From assembly GCA_036172245.1 (NCBI GenBank), contig JAYWIR010000014.1, positions 3,906,001 through 3,970,000 on the forward strand: DNA of 64,000 bases, written 5' to 3'. Within the stretch, counting starts at the first letter, position 1, and every line of letters begins with the position of its first letter. This stretch comes from Raillietiella orientalis. Lineage: Eukaryota. Positions 13,201-24,130 of the stretch are shown piece by piece. Position numbers and translations under genes: made by a program. The notes under the pieces are model-generated. The model saw only the letters and a program-made list of their open reading frames with translations. It ran no database searches and was not told the DNA's origin.

Positions 13201-14970
13201 AACGATTCTTCAACTTTGGATCCAGTAATTAAATTTTATTTATTTCTAATTCTTGAAGGAACTATATGTAGTCTCACTAATTGCAGGTGGTTATCGATGA
13301 AATGGAGAAAAAAAAGAAAAAGATACTTCTTCAGTCTTTGAAACGAAAATCTTTGCAAGAAAAAATGAAAAGACAAAAAGAGGAGCAATTAATCCAGCGT
13401 AAAGAAGAAGAAAGAATAAAAGATGAACTAAAGCAACAAAAAAAAGAAACAGAGAGAGCTAGGCGTGAAGCAATCTTATTACAGTACAAAAATAAAAAAG
13501 CAAAAGAACTTGCTGAAAAGGAAGTGAGTGCTGCATTCCGAATGTTCAAATTCTATGATGATTCAGGGAAGACCATTTGACCAGTCAGTCCCACATGCAA
13601 AACCTCTATCCACCGCTCGAGTTCGTCATCGTTCCAGTATGAAACCACGCCCAAAGACTGTTCACGAGTCTATATTCCAAAATAGAGAAGATCAGGATGA
13701 CAGTCACATGAATTCAACATCAGGTTATCTCGTTAATATTTCCTGAATAACTAAAAACTCGATTTAGATATTCCTGGAGTAAGTTCATTGAGCTGCAGTC
13801 CTGATCATTCCTCACATTTATCAAATATGGATAAATCATTCCATCAGTCTTTTGCAGATCTTCTTAAAGGTATAGATTTTTATCACATTTGCATTTGCAT
13901 ATTGCCTGTTTGTTTTGGTGCATGAGTAGTACCCTATCAAGTGCAGATGTCAAAAAATGAGCATCATAATTTAAAGAAAAACAGTAGTTTTGCCTCACTA
14001 TTTCAAAAAGAAGGTAATCATAGTTGTGAACCTAGAGATTGTGGCTGATTGTTCATGTGTAGCCACAGTGAATGATAAGCACGAACTTTATCCTGTGCAT
14101 GTGGCAAAGCATCGTTCTGTTGCTACCTCTGGTAATGTTTCTTTTGTTTCAACTAAACCTCGCCATGCATCCCTTTCAAATTTGTTAGGTAAGAAATGAA
14201 ATTACTTCTGTTTTTCCCTTCTTTTATTTTTCATATAGATGTTGGATTGGAGAATAAGGATTATTATTCAAGAAATAGTTTAGGTGGAGGAATTCATCCT
14301 AACCGAGTTCCATCACCTGGACTAAAGTTTTCTCGATACACATTTTCACCTGGACCACCTTCTCTTCCTCCAAGCTTGGTAGATAGAAGAAAATGTTTTG
14401 ATAATTCCAGTGATACAGGAAGTAACACTCCATATTCAGAATATTGTGGTAAATTTAGCCATCAATGAAAATAAAAGTCTTGTTTTATTTTGCAGGTCCT
14501 CGTCTATACAAACAACTTTCCACCAAATCCAATCGGAGTATAATTCTAAATGCTATTCAGTATTGCATTTTTCCTGGCTCCGTTAATTCAGAGGCCAAAA
14601 ATAGAGTTATTGATGAAATTAGTCATTCTGAAAGTAAACATTTTCTGATCTTGTTCAGAGATGCAAAATGTCAATTCAGAGCATTGTACTCATACAATCC
14701 AGACATAGAAGAAGTCACTAAATTATTTGGAACTGGCCCAAGAATAGTTACAGACAAGATGTTTGAAAACTTTTTCAAGTAAGAAAGTTGCATATTCTGT
14801 TAAGCATGGCTTTTCTTTTGCATAGATATAATTCTGGAGGAAAGTGTTTTACCCAAGTACATACGAAACACCTATCTGTGACAATAGATGCATTTACCAT
14901 TCAAAATATCATCTGGCAGGGGAAAAAACTACCTTCAATCAACAGAAAAAATTTACCATTAATAGTGTGA
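4211..14970 (+). CDS. Patronin: Patronin / CAMSAP microtubule minus-end binding protein (multi-exon; span from the first firm exon to the stop)
   Basis: In-phase GT-AG exons: 4211-4303 (AKERASILWLLSSAY..EPYYKD), 4505-4720 (LYCLTLANLYADPNY..TETVLIQT), 5564-5776, 6199-6449 (CH domain DLADGRLICA..YCP), 6494-6603, 6843-6946 (PIPDLR), 6988-7057, 8654-8738, 8796-9481 (RSRKNS..DSQLTIENFGGSQ), 10612-10793 (coiled coil LEEKRKIIE), 11221-11336, 11389-11474, 12254-12389, 12507-13014 (GFFISFD), 13063-13224, 13287-13523 (coiled coil), further exons at 13.57-14.45 kb (phases around 13.9-14.1 kb unresolved), then the CKK domain in 14495-14778 and 14826-14970 (KSNRSIILNAI..HFLILFRD..CQFRALY..KYNSGGKCF..TIDAFTI), ending in TGA. 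Confidence 0.95.
8174..8268 (+). CDS. Candidate alternative first coding exon (8174-8216, MGNHGSLHEWRDRK) plus a 15-nt microexon (8254-8268) of Patronin
   Basis: GAAATGG context with an in-frame TAA at 8165. A 37-nt intron GTCAGT..TTTTTAG (8217-8253) is followed by the microexon and a GTATTC donor in phase 1, which matches the phase-1 acceptor at 8654. Confidence 0.4.
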
Positions 14971-15093
14971 AATATTTTAACAGCAAGAGGTGCCATTCTC
15001 TTATTTCATTAACATTCCTTTATTGTGATACGAAGTTTTTCAGCGACATGTATCATTGTTCTTACATACTCAGACATTAAATGCACTTTTAAT

Positions 15094-15099
15094 AATAAA
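15094..15099 (+). promoter_or_regulatory. Probable polyadenylation signal of Patronin
   Basis: AATAAA about 125 nt after the stop, followed by GT/T-rich sequence. Confidence 0.55.
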
Positions 15100-17809
15100 A
15101 CTTAACAAAAACTTATTATATAAAAATTGTGTTTTGTCTGTTACTATTGTTATTACAGTTATAACTTCGTTACTTGTTTTCTATCAAGTTTCAACATTTT
15201 TGCAAGTATTCCTTGCAATTACGGATGCAGTATCAAGAGGTACTAATCATTTGTACAAATTACATTGAAATTGCGTTCGCACGACATGAACTGAAAGCCA
15301 TTTATACGTAATTGGGAAAAATGATATAAGGCTTTTCGGTGGTAATCACCGATTGTGCGCAAACACTAGAACATTTAAAAAAGTGTTCATTGATTAGTTA
15401 CTATTGACTGCGTATTTCTTCAGTTTTGGAATCTGAATTTCTTCCTAGCTCTAGAACAAATTTTGAAATCACATACATAATTCCTGTGTAATGGGCAACA
15501 TGTTTTGCCACGGCTTTTGCTACATGCAAAGCATTGATTCGGGTAAATACTTATTCGTATCGTCAAATCGTCCATACTTAAATGATTTCATACCGTATGA
15601 AGTCACAAAAGACACTGTGATGGGTGTGCTGTTGAGAAGCAGATGCCTGTGCTCAAAGACACGTTTCGTACGCTTGCAAAACAGCAGGAATGCACCTCGC
15701 TTTTACGTGGCGCGCAACTCCTTTCGCACATTTAGTTGTGACCTTTTTAAGAGGGAGCAACAAAGTGTTTGATGTGGGTGCACAATTTGGTTTCTCAAAC
15801 AAAACTGATTGCATATATATTTGTGAGCATGAATTTTGCACGCGCAAATTTATATCAATCCATGTGCACATGCTTCAGTAGGAAAACCAATATGTACAGA
15901 AACATTACGTTTTCTTCGAAAACTTCCTGTTTGTACAAAGGTGGACCCCGTCACGTCAGATGAGAACCTTCACATCAAATTGCCTGGGTAGCGCATGACC
16001 TCAGTTGCATAAAATGTAATCTCTTGATTTAATTTTTCTGCAATTAAAATTAAATGCAGGTCACTTACGTGTACACCTGGTATGGACTCGTGTATGCTGC
16101 AAACATCGTCCCCGATTAGGATTGATAATCAGACGTCCGGTATTGTTTTCAATTTCAAATTCAATTCATTTGTTTTCAAATTCAAGCATTTTCGTTGTTT
16201 TCTGAAACGAGGATTTAATGAACAAAATAGTCATTTGTTTCGCTGTAGTAAAATCAATAGATGTAATTTTGCAACTCACGACTCTTGAATTCTTAATTTG
16301 ATGTCAGTGATAGCTCATGATTACGGAAATGCTTGTTTATCAACAGGCATGTAACGGTAAAAGTCTGTGGGTGACAAATCGTAAAAACCACATTAATTCA
16401 AGTTTAAAACCTTGGGATAGTTCCTTTCAGGAATGCATTCTGAAGTCTGCCCTGATAGGAGGGATTAAACAAAAAGAATTCCTGAAACACAGACAGTAAC
16501 ACAAATAGGTATGTTTCCACTTCTATATCCATATATTGAACAAGTGAGAAACCCCCGACAGCTTCTTTCATATTTGACCTTGATAAATTTCAAGCAAAGT
16601 AGTGCTCTATTAAGACATGAGATAAGCTTTTGAGTTAATTTTGAAGACGCTTCTTTGAATTATCTGATGATATTCAAGTGTTGCATTTCAGCTTGGTGTA
16701 CCCATGCTGAGAAGCACGTGTACACCAAAAGTCCATTCACTGAGTTTGCCAATCTCTTTTACTGAAATGTGCCCTTTGTGAGGTCGAACGTGCTGCTCAT
16801 AGCACTCATCCTTGATAACAGAGGTTCATGATGTTAAGTGAAGTATTGTCTCGAAGAGGGTGTGACAGAATTATTTTTCAAGAGTTGCTGCACTACGATG
16901 TCTTTGCCTGATGAACATTTTACATTTGACAGTTAAAACTCTTTACTTCTACTCAAAGAGTCGGTGATGAGATCATAATAGATCATAATAGCTTCTCATC
17001 TATATCTCAAGATAATTCAGATTAAATGAATAAATCTTCCATTTCGATAAACCTTTCAAGAAGACAACCACGAATTGTTTGTCGGCTTGATGGAAAAGGA
17101 CTGCTGCAGGGACGATTTTATATACCACTGCAGTGATGCTTTCTTTTAAAAAACTTTCTGTATTCAATTATTCAATTTCAAAATTCAATTCAATACTGTT
17201 CCCTTATGCATTTCCTTTATGGTTGTGTTTCAATTCGCTTCTATATTACTTTACACTTCCGTAAACGCACTTTGCGTTCGATTGTAAACTTCACAGCCTC
17301 CAAAAAGAATTGCATGTCTTTTATTGAATGCCTAATGTAAACCACGAATTTTTGATCCATATATATTGTCCACCGTTTTTTTCGTTTTAAAAAATTTTTT
17401 TTCATGTAACCTGAATTTCTTTTCTTATTCCAGGTCACTCATTGGCATAAATACATGTGGACACCAAGATCACTTTGGCTTAATCTATTAAGGCTCGGTG
17501 ATTCTCAATAAAGTTCATTATACAGCCTCCATCACGACTCTTTCACACTATTTATGTGCAAATATCGCTTTCGGCCCACCGATTACACCGTTTGCTTGCG
17601 TGCTGTTCCGTTGTCTGTTGGTAGTAGAACGCGAATTCTGCAAGGAAAGGCAGCGTCGAGAGTGTTGTTTCCTACCTCAGCCTTATTGATGTTATCGGAA
17701 AAGGAGCCTCAGTGGCCCCGCCTTCAACCTCGTCCAGCTTGTGGAGACTCATGGTAACATGAGTAGCTTCCAAAAGAGGTCAGAAGGAGGAGCTGCAGGC
17801 TTGCTCAGC

Positions 17810-18262
17810 CTAATCCCTCTCTTCTCTATAAGGTAAGTCGTATCGGCTCCCAGGAGTTCGCTGGTGATGTGGGTCGGGCATTACCTTGAGTGTGAATACG
17901 AAAGATAAGATTTCGTGGCCCTCATACTCCTTGAAATCCTTGACGCGAGAGGACCATGGGGAGTCCCGTGCAGAGATGCAGTCCTTGCGCAGGGTCTCTA
18001 AGGGCCCCATTGAACTTCAGGAGCTCCAAGGTGCTCCCAGTGATGGAGGACAGATCCTTCATGATCTCCTTGAGCAGTATCCTGCCTAAGATTTCAGAAG
18101 TCCAGATCAGTCCCTTCGGATGAGGGAAAGGGTCTTTTTGTTCTTGAGTCACGAAGCGGCGCAGACCATCTGTGTGGTGAATACTTTCCATCACCGGGCG
18201 GCAAGCGACAAACCTCGCCCCCCCAGAAAGCGGCATCCCAGTCAGCAACACAGTCCATCGAG
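17810..18262 (-). other. Frameshifted ORF of unknown family at the left edge of the TE nest, head-to-head with the LINE ORF1
   Basis: GC rises abruptly near 17.55 kb. Overlapping minus-strand ORFs join by frameshifts into about 150 aa (..PVMESIHHTDGLRRFV..EILGRILLKEIMKDLSS..KDFKEYEGHEILSFVFTLKV). No recognised domain. Confidence 0.25.
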
Positions 18263-19990
18263 CGGAAGACAGGCTGCAGGACTGGAAAAGTCGCGAAACA
18301 GGCGATAAGCAAACGCATACGCGACGAAGCGCTCAGCAGCAGAAAGCGCGCTTTGCAAGCACGGCAAACGGCGGGGAGGCGGCCACCCGAGCACGCGCGC
18401 AGCCTCCAGCGGACCAGAGGGCGGGACGAGATGTGAGACGACGCACGCGCACGAACTGCCGGCAGAGCTTAGTGCGGGGAAACGAACAGAGAGCGAGAGA
18501 GGAAAGAGGAAATCTGCAAACAGGAAATGCCGAGGAAACAGAAAAACGTTTAGGTTGGGAGGCTGCGTTCGCGCGGACTCCCGCAAAAAGGTGCAAAGAC
18601 AGTTTCTAGCGAGTGCGCGTGAACATTCCTCCCTTGTGATCCGTGCCATTCTCCGAGGTCGCTGGACTTTGCCCGGACAATTCCAAGTATGGGGGACTTG
18701 AAGGTGTGAGCCCCCTTTTCAGGGACAGGGCGTCGTATGGCTACCCCCACGATTATGGAGGTGTGCCAGCCCAGCACCTCGAAGGAGGTAACCATGCCAG
18801 AGTTGGCAACGACGACGCCACAGTCGCCGATGCCTCACGCGGCCGTGGCAGCGTCACAGTCAAGGCAGCCAAGAAACCCGAACGCGGCGGCGGCAACGGC
18901 AACGGCAGCATGGCAGACGAAACCCGCCATCTTTGAAATAGAGCCGGTCAAGGAACCCGTATGGAAGGTTGACCTCTCCGCGAAACATTACTTTCAAGAC
19001 CGGGACGATGCGACTCGCGAAAGTGCGAGATCTGTACGTTGCACTCCACAGCCTTAATGTGGATTTTAAGAAGATCCAAGCCCTTATTCCGTCCGCGAGT
19101 GACTTTACAGTATACACGACGGACGAAAACCTCCAGGAGACCCTCATCGAGCAGGGCATCGTGATTAATTGCGCGGTCTTGGAGAACTAGCCACCACCGT
19201 GATCTACCTGTCTGGGGTCCACTGCAGCACCAGTCAGGAAGACGTGTTGAAGTTTTTCTACCATTACGGAAAAGTACAGAAGGTACACATCGAAGACATC
19301 TCCGGAGAAGTAAAGGTGCTCATCAAGCTGTTCGCTGATGCGAAGATCCCGGGAGTCGTCGTCATCGACGAGCACTCCCAAGATGTGCAGGTGCGCTACC
19401 GCCTGCAGCCCACCTTTTCCACCTTTGGCCACCTCATGGGCGCCTGCCCCAAGGCGCGATGCTTCAAGTGCGGCCAAATCGGCCACTGCATCAAGGATTG
19501 CTCCAGACTCTCCCAGTGTTATTACTGCAAAATGTCGGGCCACTGAAGCAGGAGTGCAAGAAGTACTCTGGCTCGTGACCCGAGGTCTGCCTCCACTCCC
19601 CGAAGTGGAAGCGGAGTCAGACAGGACAACAAGCAAAGCTCTCCCTCTCGTCAGTCAGCGACACGAGCCTCCTAGAAAAGCAGCAGCAGCAAAAGAAGCC
19701 CCCAAAGAAAAGGAAGTGGTTGGCCTTGAAAGAGCTTCCTCCTCCCCCAGTAGCGCTGGAGGAAAGCTACGCGGCCGAGGAATGGAAGCAAAAGATCACG
19801 GAGTTAAAGCGTCCGCGCAAGAGTGCTCACCGAGGAAGACAAGCAGCGTATAAACGCTGAATTTGAGGAAGCGATTCGTCCATGCATCACCGAGAAAAAG
19901 GCGAAGCAAATTCTGTTGACTACGTCCACTCGACGCGAGGATCGCTGCACAAAAGCAGAAGAAAAGGAGCGCCTTGAAGCGCAAAAAGCA

Positions 19991-20865
19991 GTGAAAGAGG
20001 AGTTCTCACCCGGTCACACCGCGGCGTTTATTAAAAAACACAGTACATCTGCGGTACTAGGCCCCGCTACGGCCAATAGTTCATGGGAGCTGCCAGGAAG
20101 CCGGTTCACAGACCGGCTTGACTCTCCTCGGCAGCGGAGGGGATAGGAAGTAAAACAAAAAGAAAAATAAATGAAACAAACAAAAAAAAAAGAAACTATT
20201 TGGGGGGCCGGGAAGGGATCACAGTCCTCTGGAGGAAGAGACCATCCTTTCCAGGATGCCCTCGAGGTCCCTCGTCATAGCTCCCAGATGGGACCAGCCG
20301 ATCGCGATTCGCAGGTAGCGACCCGCGTGTACGATGGGTCCCTGTCGCTGCTTCCTCTGTTGGCTGCGCTCCACGCAGCCACAATCCCTCAGAGGCAGCA
20401 GAGCGCTGCCAGGGTTGAGGCTGGTTGCAGGGAGTCTCACAACGTCTCTGGGAGGACTGCCGACCGGCATCCGGAGGGTCGTAGCAAAACGTTCCCACAA
20501 GGGCCGGAGGGCAGCGCAGTCCACTAACAGATGGGGGAGGGATTCCTTCTCCCCGCACACTGCACAGTTCTGTCCCACGTTCCCGAACGTCCAGTGGTGG
20601 CGGCGCGCGTTGCAGGGAAGACCCCAGTGCAACAACAGCAGCGCCGTTTCCTGCCACTTGAGGGGGAGGGTGGATGCGTTTCTAAATAATGGGGGCCACT
20701 TTAGGTCATCCAGTCATCCGTCCAGCAGCTCGTCCCATCTCTGGATTCCTCGCGAGAGAACGCTTGGGGTCGCGGCGTCAGCCAGTTCCCTCATGGTGCA
20801 CCCACTTAACTCCTTCTCCTTACCCGCTATCTGGCAGGTGACTTGCCACCTCCAGGTGAAAGAGG
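19991..20865. repeat. 10-bp target-site duplication GTGAAAGAGG (19991-20000 and 20856-20865)
   Basis: Exact direct repeat flanking the antisense LINE fragment; excising the insert plus one copy restores the ORF1 frame. Confidence 0.85.
20001..20855 (-). mobile_element. 5'-truncated LINE (ORF2 C-terminus plus 3'UTR) of a related subfamily, inserted antisense
   Basis: Minus strand reads WQVTCQIA..AATP..RWDELLD..WPP..KWQ..LHWGLPCNARRHHWT..CAVCGEKESLPHLLVDC..LRPLWERFA, colinear with 22085-22734. Stop at 20219-20221, then a T-rich UTR and AATAAA near 20026-20031, bounded by the TSD. Confidence 0.9.
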
Positions 20866-21082
20866 TGAGAGCCGCCAATCGTCGATACGGAACAAATAAA
20901 CCCGCCTGTAGCGAGAAAAGTAACAAGGGTCTAACAAGTGTCTAACGAAGCAGGAAAAAGAAGAATCAACGTACTTTTCCGAGTCGGAAAGCAACACAAG
21001 TGATGAAAAATCTGCTGGAAACAGATGGTGGACTTCTCCCAGGCAGGAAAAGAAGAACAAGAACGCCCTGTAATCATCGAGG

Positions 21083-22734
21083 GAGACTCTGGCGCTCCTG
21101 CCGCGCGATTGTCCCGGTACACCTGCGGTTTCAGCATACGCGGACGACCTGCTGCTGCTGCTCCCTATGTCCACCCCGGCTTCGGCGGTCGAGGAGTTCT
21201 ACGACCTGCTGAATCGGGGAACCGGACTTACGGTGAACAGGGCGAAGTCGTCCGTAATGCCAGTCGGAGCGGCGTGGGCAGGGCAGCAGGACTGGGTCCG
21301 TTTGGAGATCCCCACGGTGAGGTACTTCAAGTACCTTGGTGTGCCGTTGGGGGATTATTCCCCTGCGGAAGCGTGGTCCGGCTGCCTTCAGAAGGCTCAG
21401 GCGGCGATCGGCCCGTTCCAGGACGGCAGGTTTTTCCTGCAGGAACGAGCCGCGGCGTGGAACGCGTTTGCGGCCCCGCTACTTCGTCCCTTGCTTTTTG
21501 TTTGCCCCCCCTCAGCGGAGTCAAGGAAAAGGACGAAGGACCTCCTGAGGATCGCCCTTTGGGGAAGAGGGAGGCCCCGAGTCCGTCTTGCGGATTTGTG
21601 CGCTCCGCGTCGGGATGGTGGTCTGGGCCTCCTGACGCTGGAGCGGCTGGAGCTTCAGCTCCAGTTTCGGATAGTAGCCTTTATGGCAAAGAACTGGTGC
21701 ACCCCCTGGTGCGTCCCTGCACGTCTCCTCGTCGAGCAGGCCACCGGCATCGCGGGACTCTCGTCCTACTTTGCACTCCGAAGGTCCATCTGCCACTGCG
21801 GAATCCAACTTCGGAAGGCGGCCAAACTCGTGAAGACCAACACGGGATCGATCTTCGTACGCCCTGCGAACGGTACTGCCTGGCTTCAGGAAACCGTTCG
21901 CACGTGGGCGATGACTCAGAAGCAGAGCCCGCAATACGAGCGAATAGCTCTGTTCGGGCCGCACGCCCACCGCACGCTCCGAGAAATCGTCGAGGATCCC
22001 CGAAGGAGAGCGTGGGCAGAAAGAACCTCCCTGGCTGCGGTACTGCCTACCCTACGGGAACATCTGGGCAGCGACGTCGCGGCACAATGGGAGGCTACCT
22101 TCAAGATCGCCGACAGGGAAAAGAAGATCGGGGTTTGGAGAACGGGTCAGCTGACCAGCGCTGCGACCCCGAGGACCACCCCACAAGGACTCTTGCGCTG
22201 GGGCGAGCTACTGGATGTTCCGGAGGAAAATCTCCAGTGGCCCCCGGTGCTCATGGACTCGCGCACCTTCCCCATGAAGTGGCAACAGTCGGCACTCCTG
22301 GTGTTGCATTGGGGCCTCCCTTGCAACGCCCGCCGACACCACTGGACGCGGGGGGGTGTCAACCCCAATTGTGTCAGGTGCGGGGAGATGGAATACCTCC
22401 CCCACCTGTTAGTGGATTGTGTTGCCCTCCGTCCCTTGTGGGAACGCTTTGCCGCGGCCCTGGGTATACCCGGAGTCAACCCCAGAGACGCTTTGCGCCC
22501 CCTCTTCGTCCGAGACGCCCTGCTTCCAGCGGCCTCGCTTGCAGCCCTGTGCTGCCTACGCGGGATCGTCGTGGCATGGAGCAAAGCGAGGGAGGATCCA
22601 GCGACAGGGATGCCACCGTGTATGCCGCCCGCTTCCTGCGGATGGCGACGCGATGGCCTCATCTGACATCCACCATTCAGCAACAGCTTGCTGGCATCCT
22701 CCAGAGGATGACGGACCCTCCCAGCAGACAGTGA
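21083..22734 (+). pseudogene. LINE ORF2 3' half (RT domains 5-7 and C-terminal zinc finger), with a 1-nt frameshift near 22590
   Basis: SAYADDLLL (YADD at 21137-21148), TGLTVNRAKS, FKYLGVPL, DGGLGL, CVRCGEMEYLPHLLVDC. The true C-terminus (VYAARFLRMA..LAGILQRM) lies in the shifted frame, as shown by the antisense paralog. Confidence 0.9.
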
Positions 22735-23589
22735 TCCCTTCCCGCTCCCTCCCCACTTTTGTTTATTTTTTTGTTTTCTTTTTGTTTCGTTCCCCTCCCC
22801 TCTGCTGCCGAGGTCGACCGCGCCGGTCTGCGCACTGGCAGCCTGGCAAGCTGATACTTTCTAGGGCGTGGCTGGACTACTGGTCCACTCACAGTGTAGA
22901 TAGGTATATTTGACAAGATAAACGTCCCGGCGAACCGGGTTGAAATCGAGGGTCTTTTCCCTGTCGACCACATCAGAAAACAGGAACTTGCATTTAGGGA
23001 GGGGGGGATCCCCACCCAGATGCATAGCAGTGTCTTTCTTCCTTCACAGCTGAAGGACAAAGACGAGAGACCATCAGTGAAAGTCAAAATGCCTCCAGTG
23101 TTTCCATAGGCGAAAATAAGAACTGAATCGAGTTTTGTTCGTAAAGGCTGCAATGTAAAATGTGGTCGTTGAATAAATTTATCCCGCCGCTTATCGGGCC
23201 TGGGGAACATTGTTCTCGAGTCAGTTACCCGGACGAGAGGCCCTGCGAAGGGTCCTAGACTCGACAGTATTCCTCTTTGAAATGGATTCTTCTTCCGTAT
23301 AGTGCTTGTGGTTGTGTGTTGACCAATGGTCAGAAACTGTGAAGAAGCCATCGCCAGCAACGAGGCCGTCCGCTACCGCAGCTATGACGAAGCATTGCGC
23401 TTCTCAGGAAGGGAATCAGGAAGACTCTAGCAAGTAGAGCTTCAGAAGCCTTTTTCGCTACGCTGCATTCGCGGAGCGATGTTGGTGGCAGCAGTGGCCA
23501 GCAGGGGAACAGCGGGAATGCAGGAGTACAAAGTCCATGGCTGTAACTTCTCATTCTCCTATGATTTAGGTCGCCTTCATTTGAAAAAG

Positions 23590-24130
23590 GAAATCCGGGA
23601 AGTTGGGAAGTGAGCTCAAGAAGGTCTTTGTTGGTGAAGGAGACTTAGAAGCCCTGATAATCCATGGAGCTGGAGGCTCAAGCGACTGTCGAAAAAGCTA
23701 CCTACAAGAATGCGGACCGTACTCAACGTCCCCTCCGCACGCCGCTTTGGGAACGAAGGGCTTTCCCTTCAATGGAGGATCGGTTGTTGGCCCTCGATCT
23801 CCGATGCATCCAGTCGGGTGCAGCGGACCTCGAAGCGGTTGCCAAGTCTCCAGAGCTCTCGCCACCGTGCACACCTTCTGGCGGAGAGCGAACCCCACGA
23901 AGGAGTTTGTTTCTCTTTACAGAGGGTCCCCTGGGGTACGCGTCTCGGTCCCAAAGGCAGGATTTCCCCACGAAATGGGGATCGGCAGCAAAACCATCGA
24001 TCTGTGATTTGCATAGAAGTCCAAGGTTTGCGGCGAGTAAGACGAGTCTGGAAACCTAAAAAGGAAGTGCTCGAAAATGGAACGTCGAGGTTTCAAGCAG
24101 CCACAGCACGCGTCAGGCTGGAGCGCTAGA
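23590..24130 (+). mobile_element. Heavily decayed Ty3/gypsy-like reverse transcriptase remnant
   Basis: Motifs occur in the expected order across frames: EVGSELKKV..GDLEA (like V..EL..L...GII), PWSWRLKRLSKK..RTVLN (like SPW.SP...V.KK.G..R...D.R.LN), FPSMED, LLALDLR, CTPSGGERTPRRSLF..GP (like TP.G.Y...RMPFGL..AP). All are degenerate and no YxDD was seen. Confidence 0.4.

Larger units (their letters stand above)
18737..21073 (+). pseudogene. LINE ORF1 (RRM-like region plus CCHC knuckles), frameshifted and interrupted by the 20001-20855 insertion
   Basis: TVIYLSGVHCSTSQEDVLKFFYHYGKV (RRM-like), CFKCGQIGHCIKDC and CYYCKMSGH knuckles at about 19460-19545. Removing the insertion and an 11-nt duplication near 20930 restores ..AQKAVKEVRAANRRY..KGLTKQEKEESTYFSESES..KKNKNAL-TAA (21071-21073). 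Confidence 0.8.
18737..22900 (+). mobile_element. Decayed non-LTR retrotransposon, L1/Tx1-like (ORF1, internally deleted ORF2, 3'UTR)
   Basis: Zinc-knuckle ORF1, then RT motifs YADD / GLTVNRAKS / KYLG, GGLGL, a C-terminal CxxC..H..C finger, a T-rich 3'UTR and hairpins. Outer boundaries are approximate. Confidence 0.85.

Noticed and set aside
16148..17500. Two (TTCAA)n-like tracts (about 16148 and 17165) and a minus-strand DLGV..TWNK motif suggesting a CR1/L2 3' end
   Set aside because: Single weak motif, spacing to the putative tail is too short, and the flanks of the two tracts are unrelated.
21025..22734. 569-aa ORF overlapping the LINE RT in another frame
   Set aside because: Best explained as a shadow frame kept open by high third-position GC. 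Only its last ~45 aa match the paralog, and those are the true ORF2 tail reached by a frameshift.
22677..23360. 227-aa minus-strand ORF with FTDG (RNase H-like)
   Set aside because: Runs antisense through the LINE 3'UTR and has no other RNase H residues.
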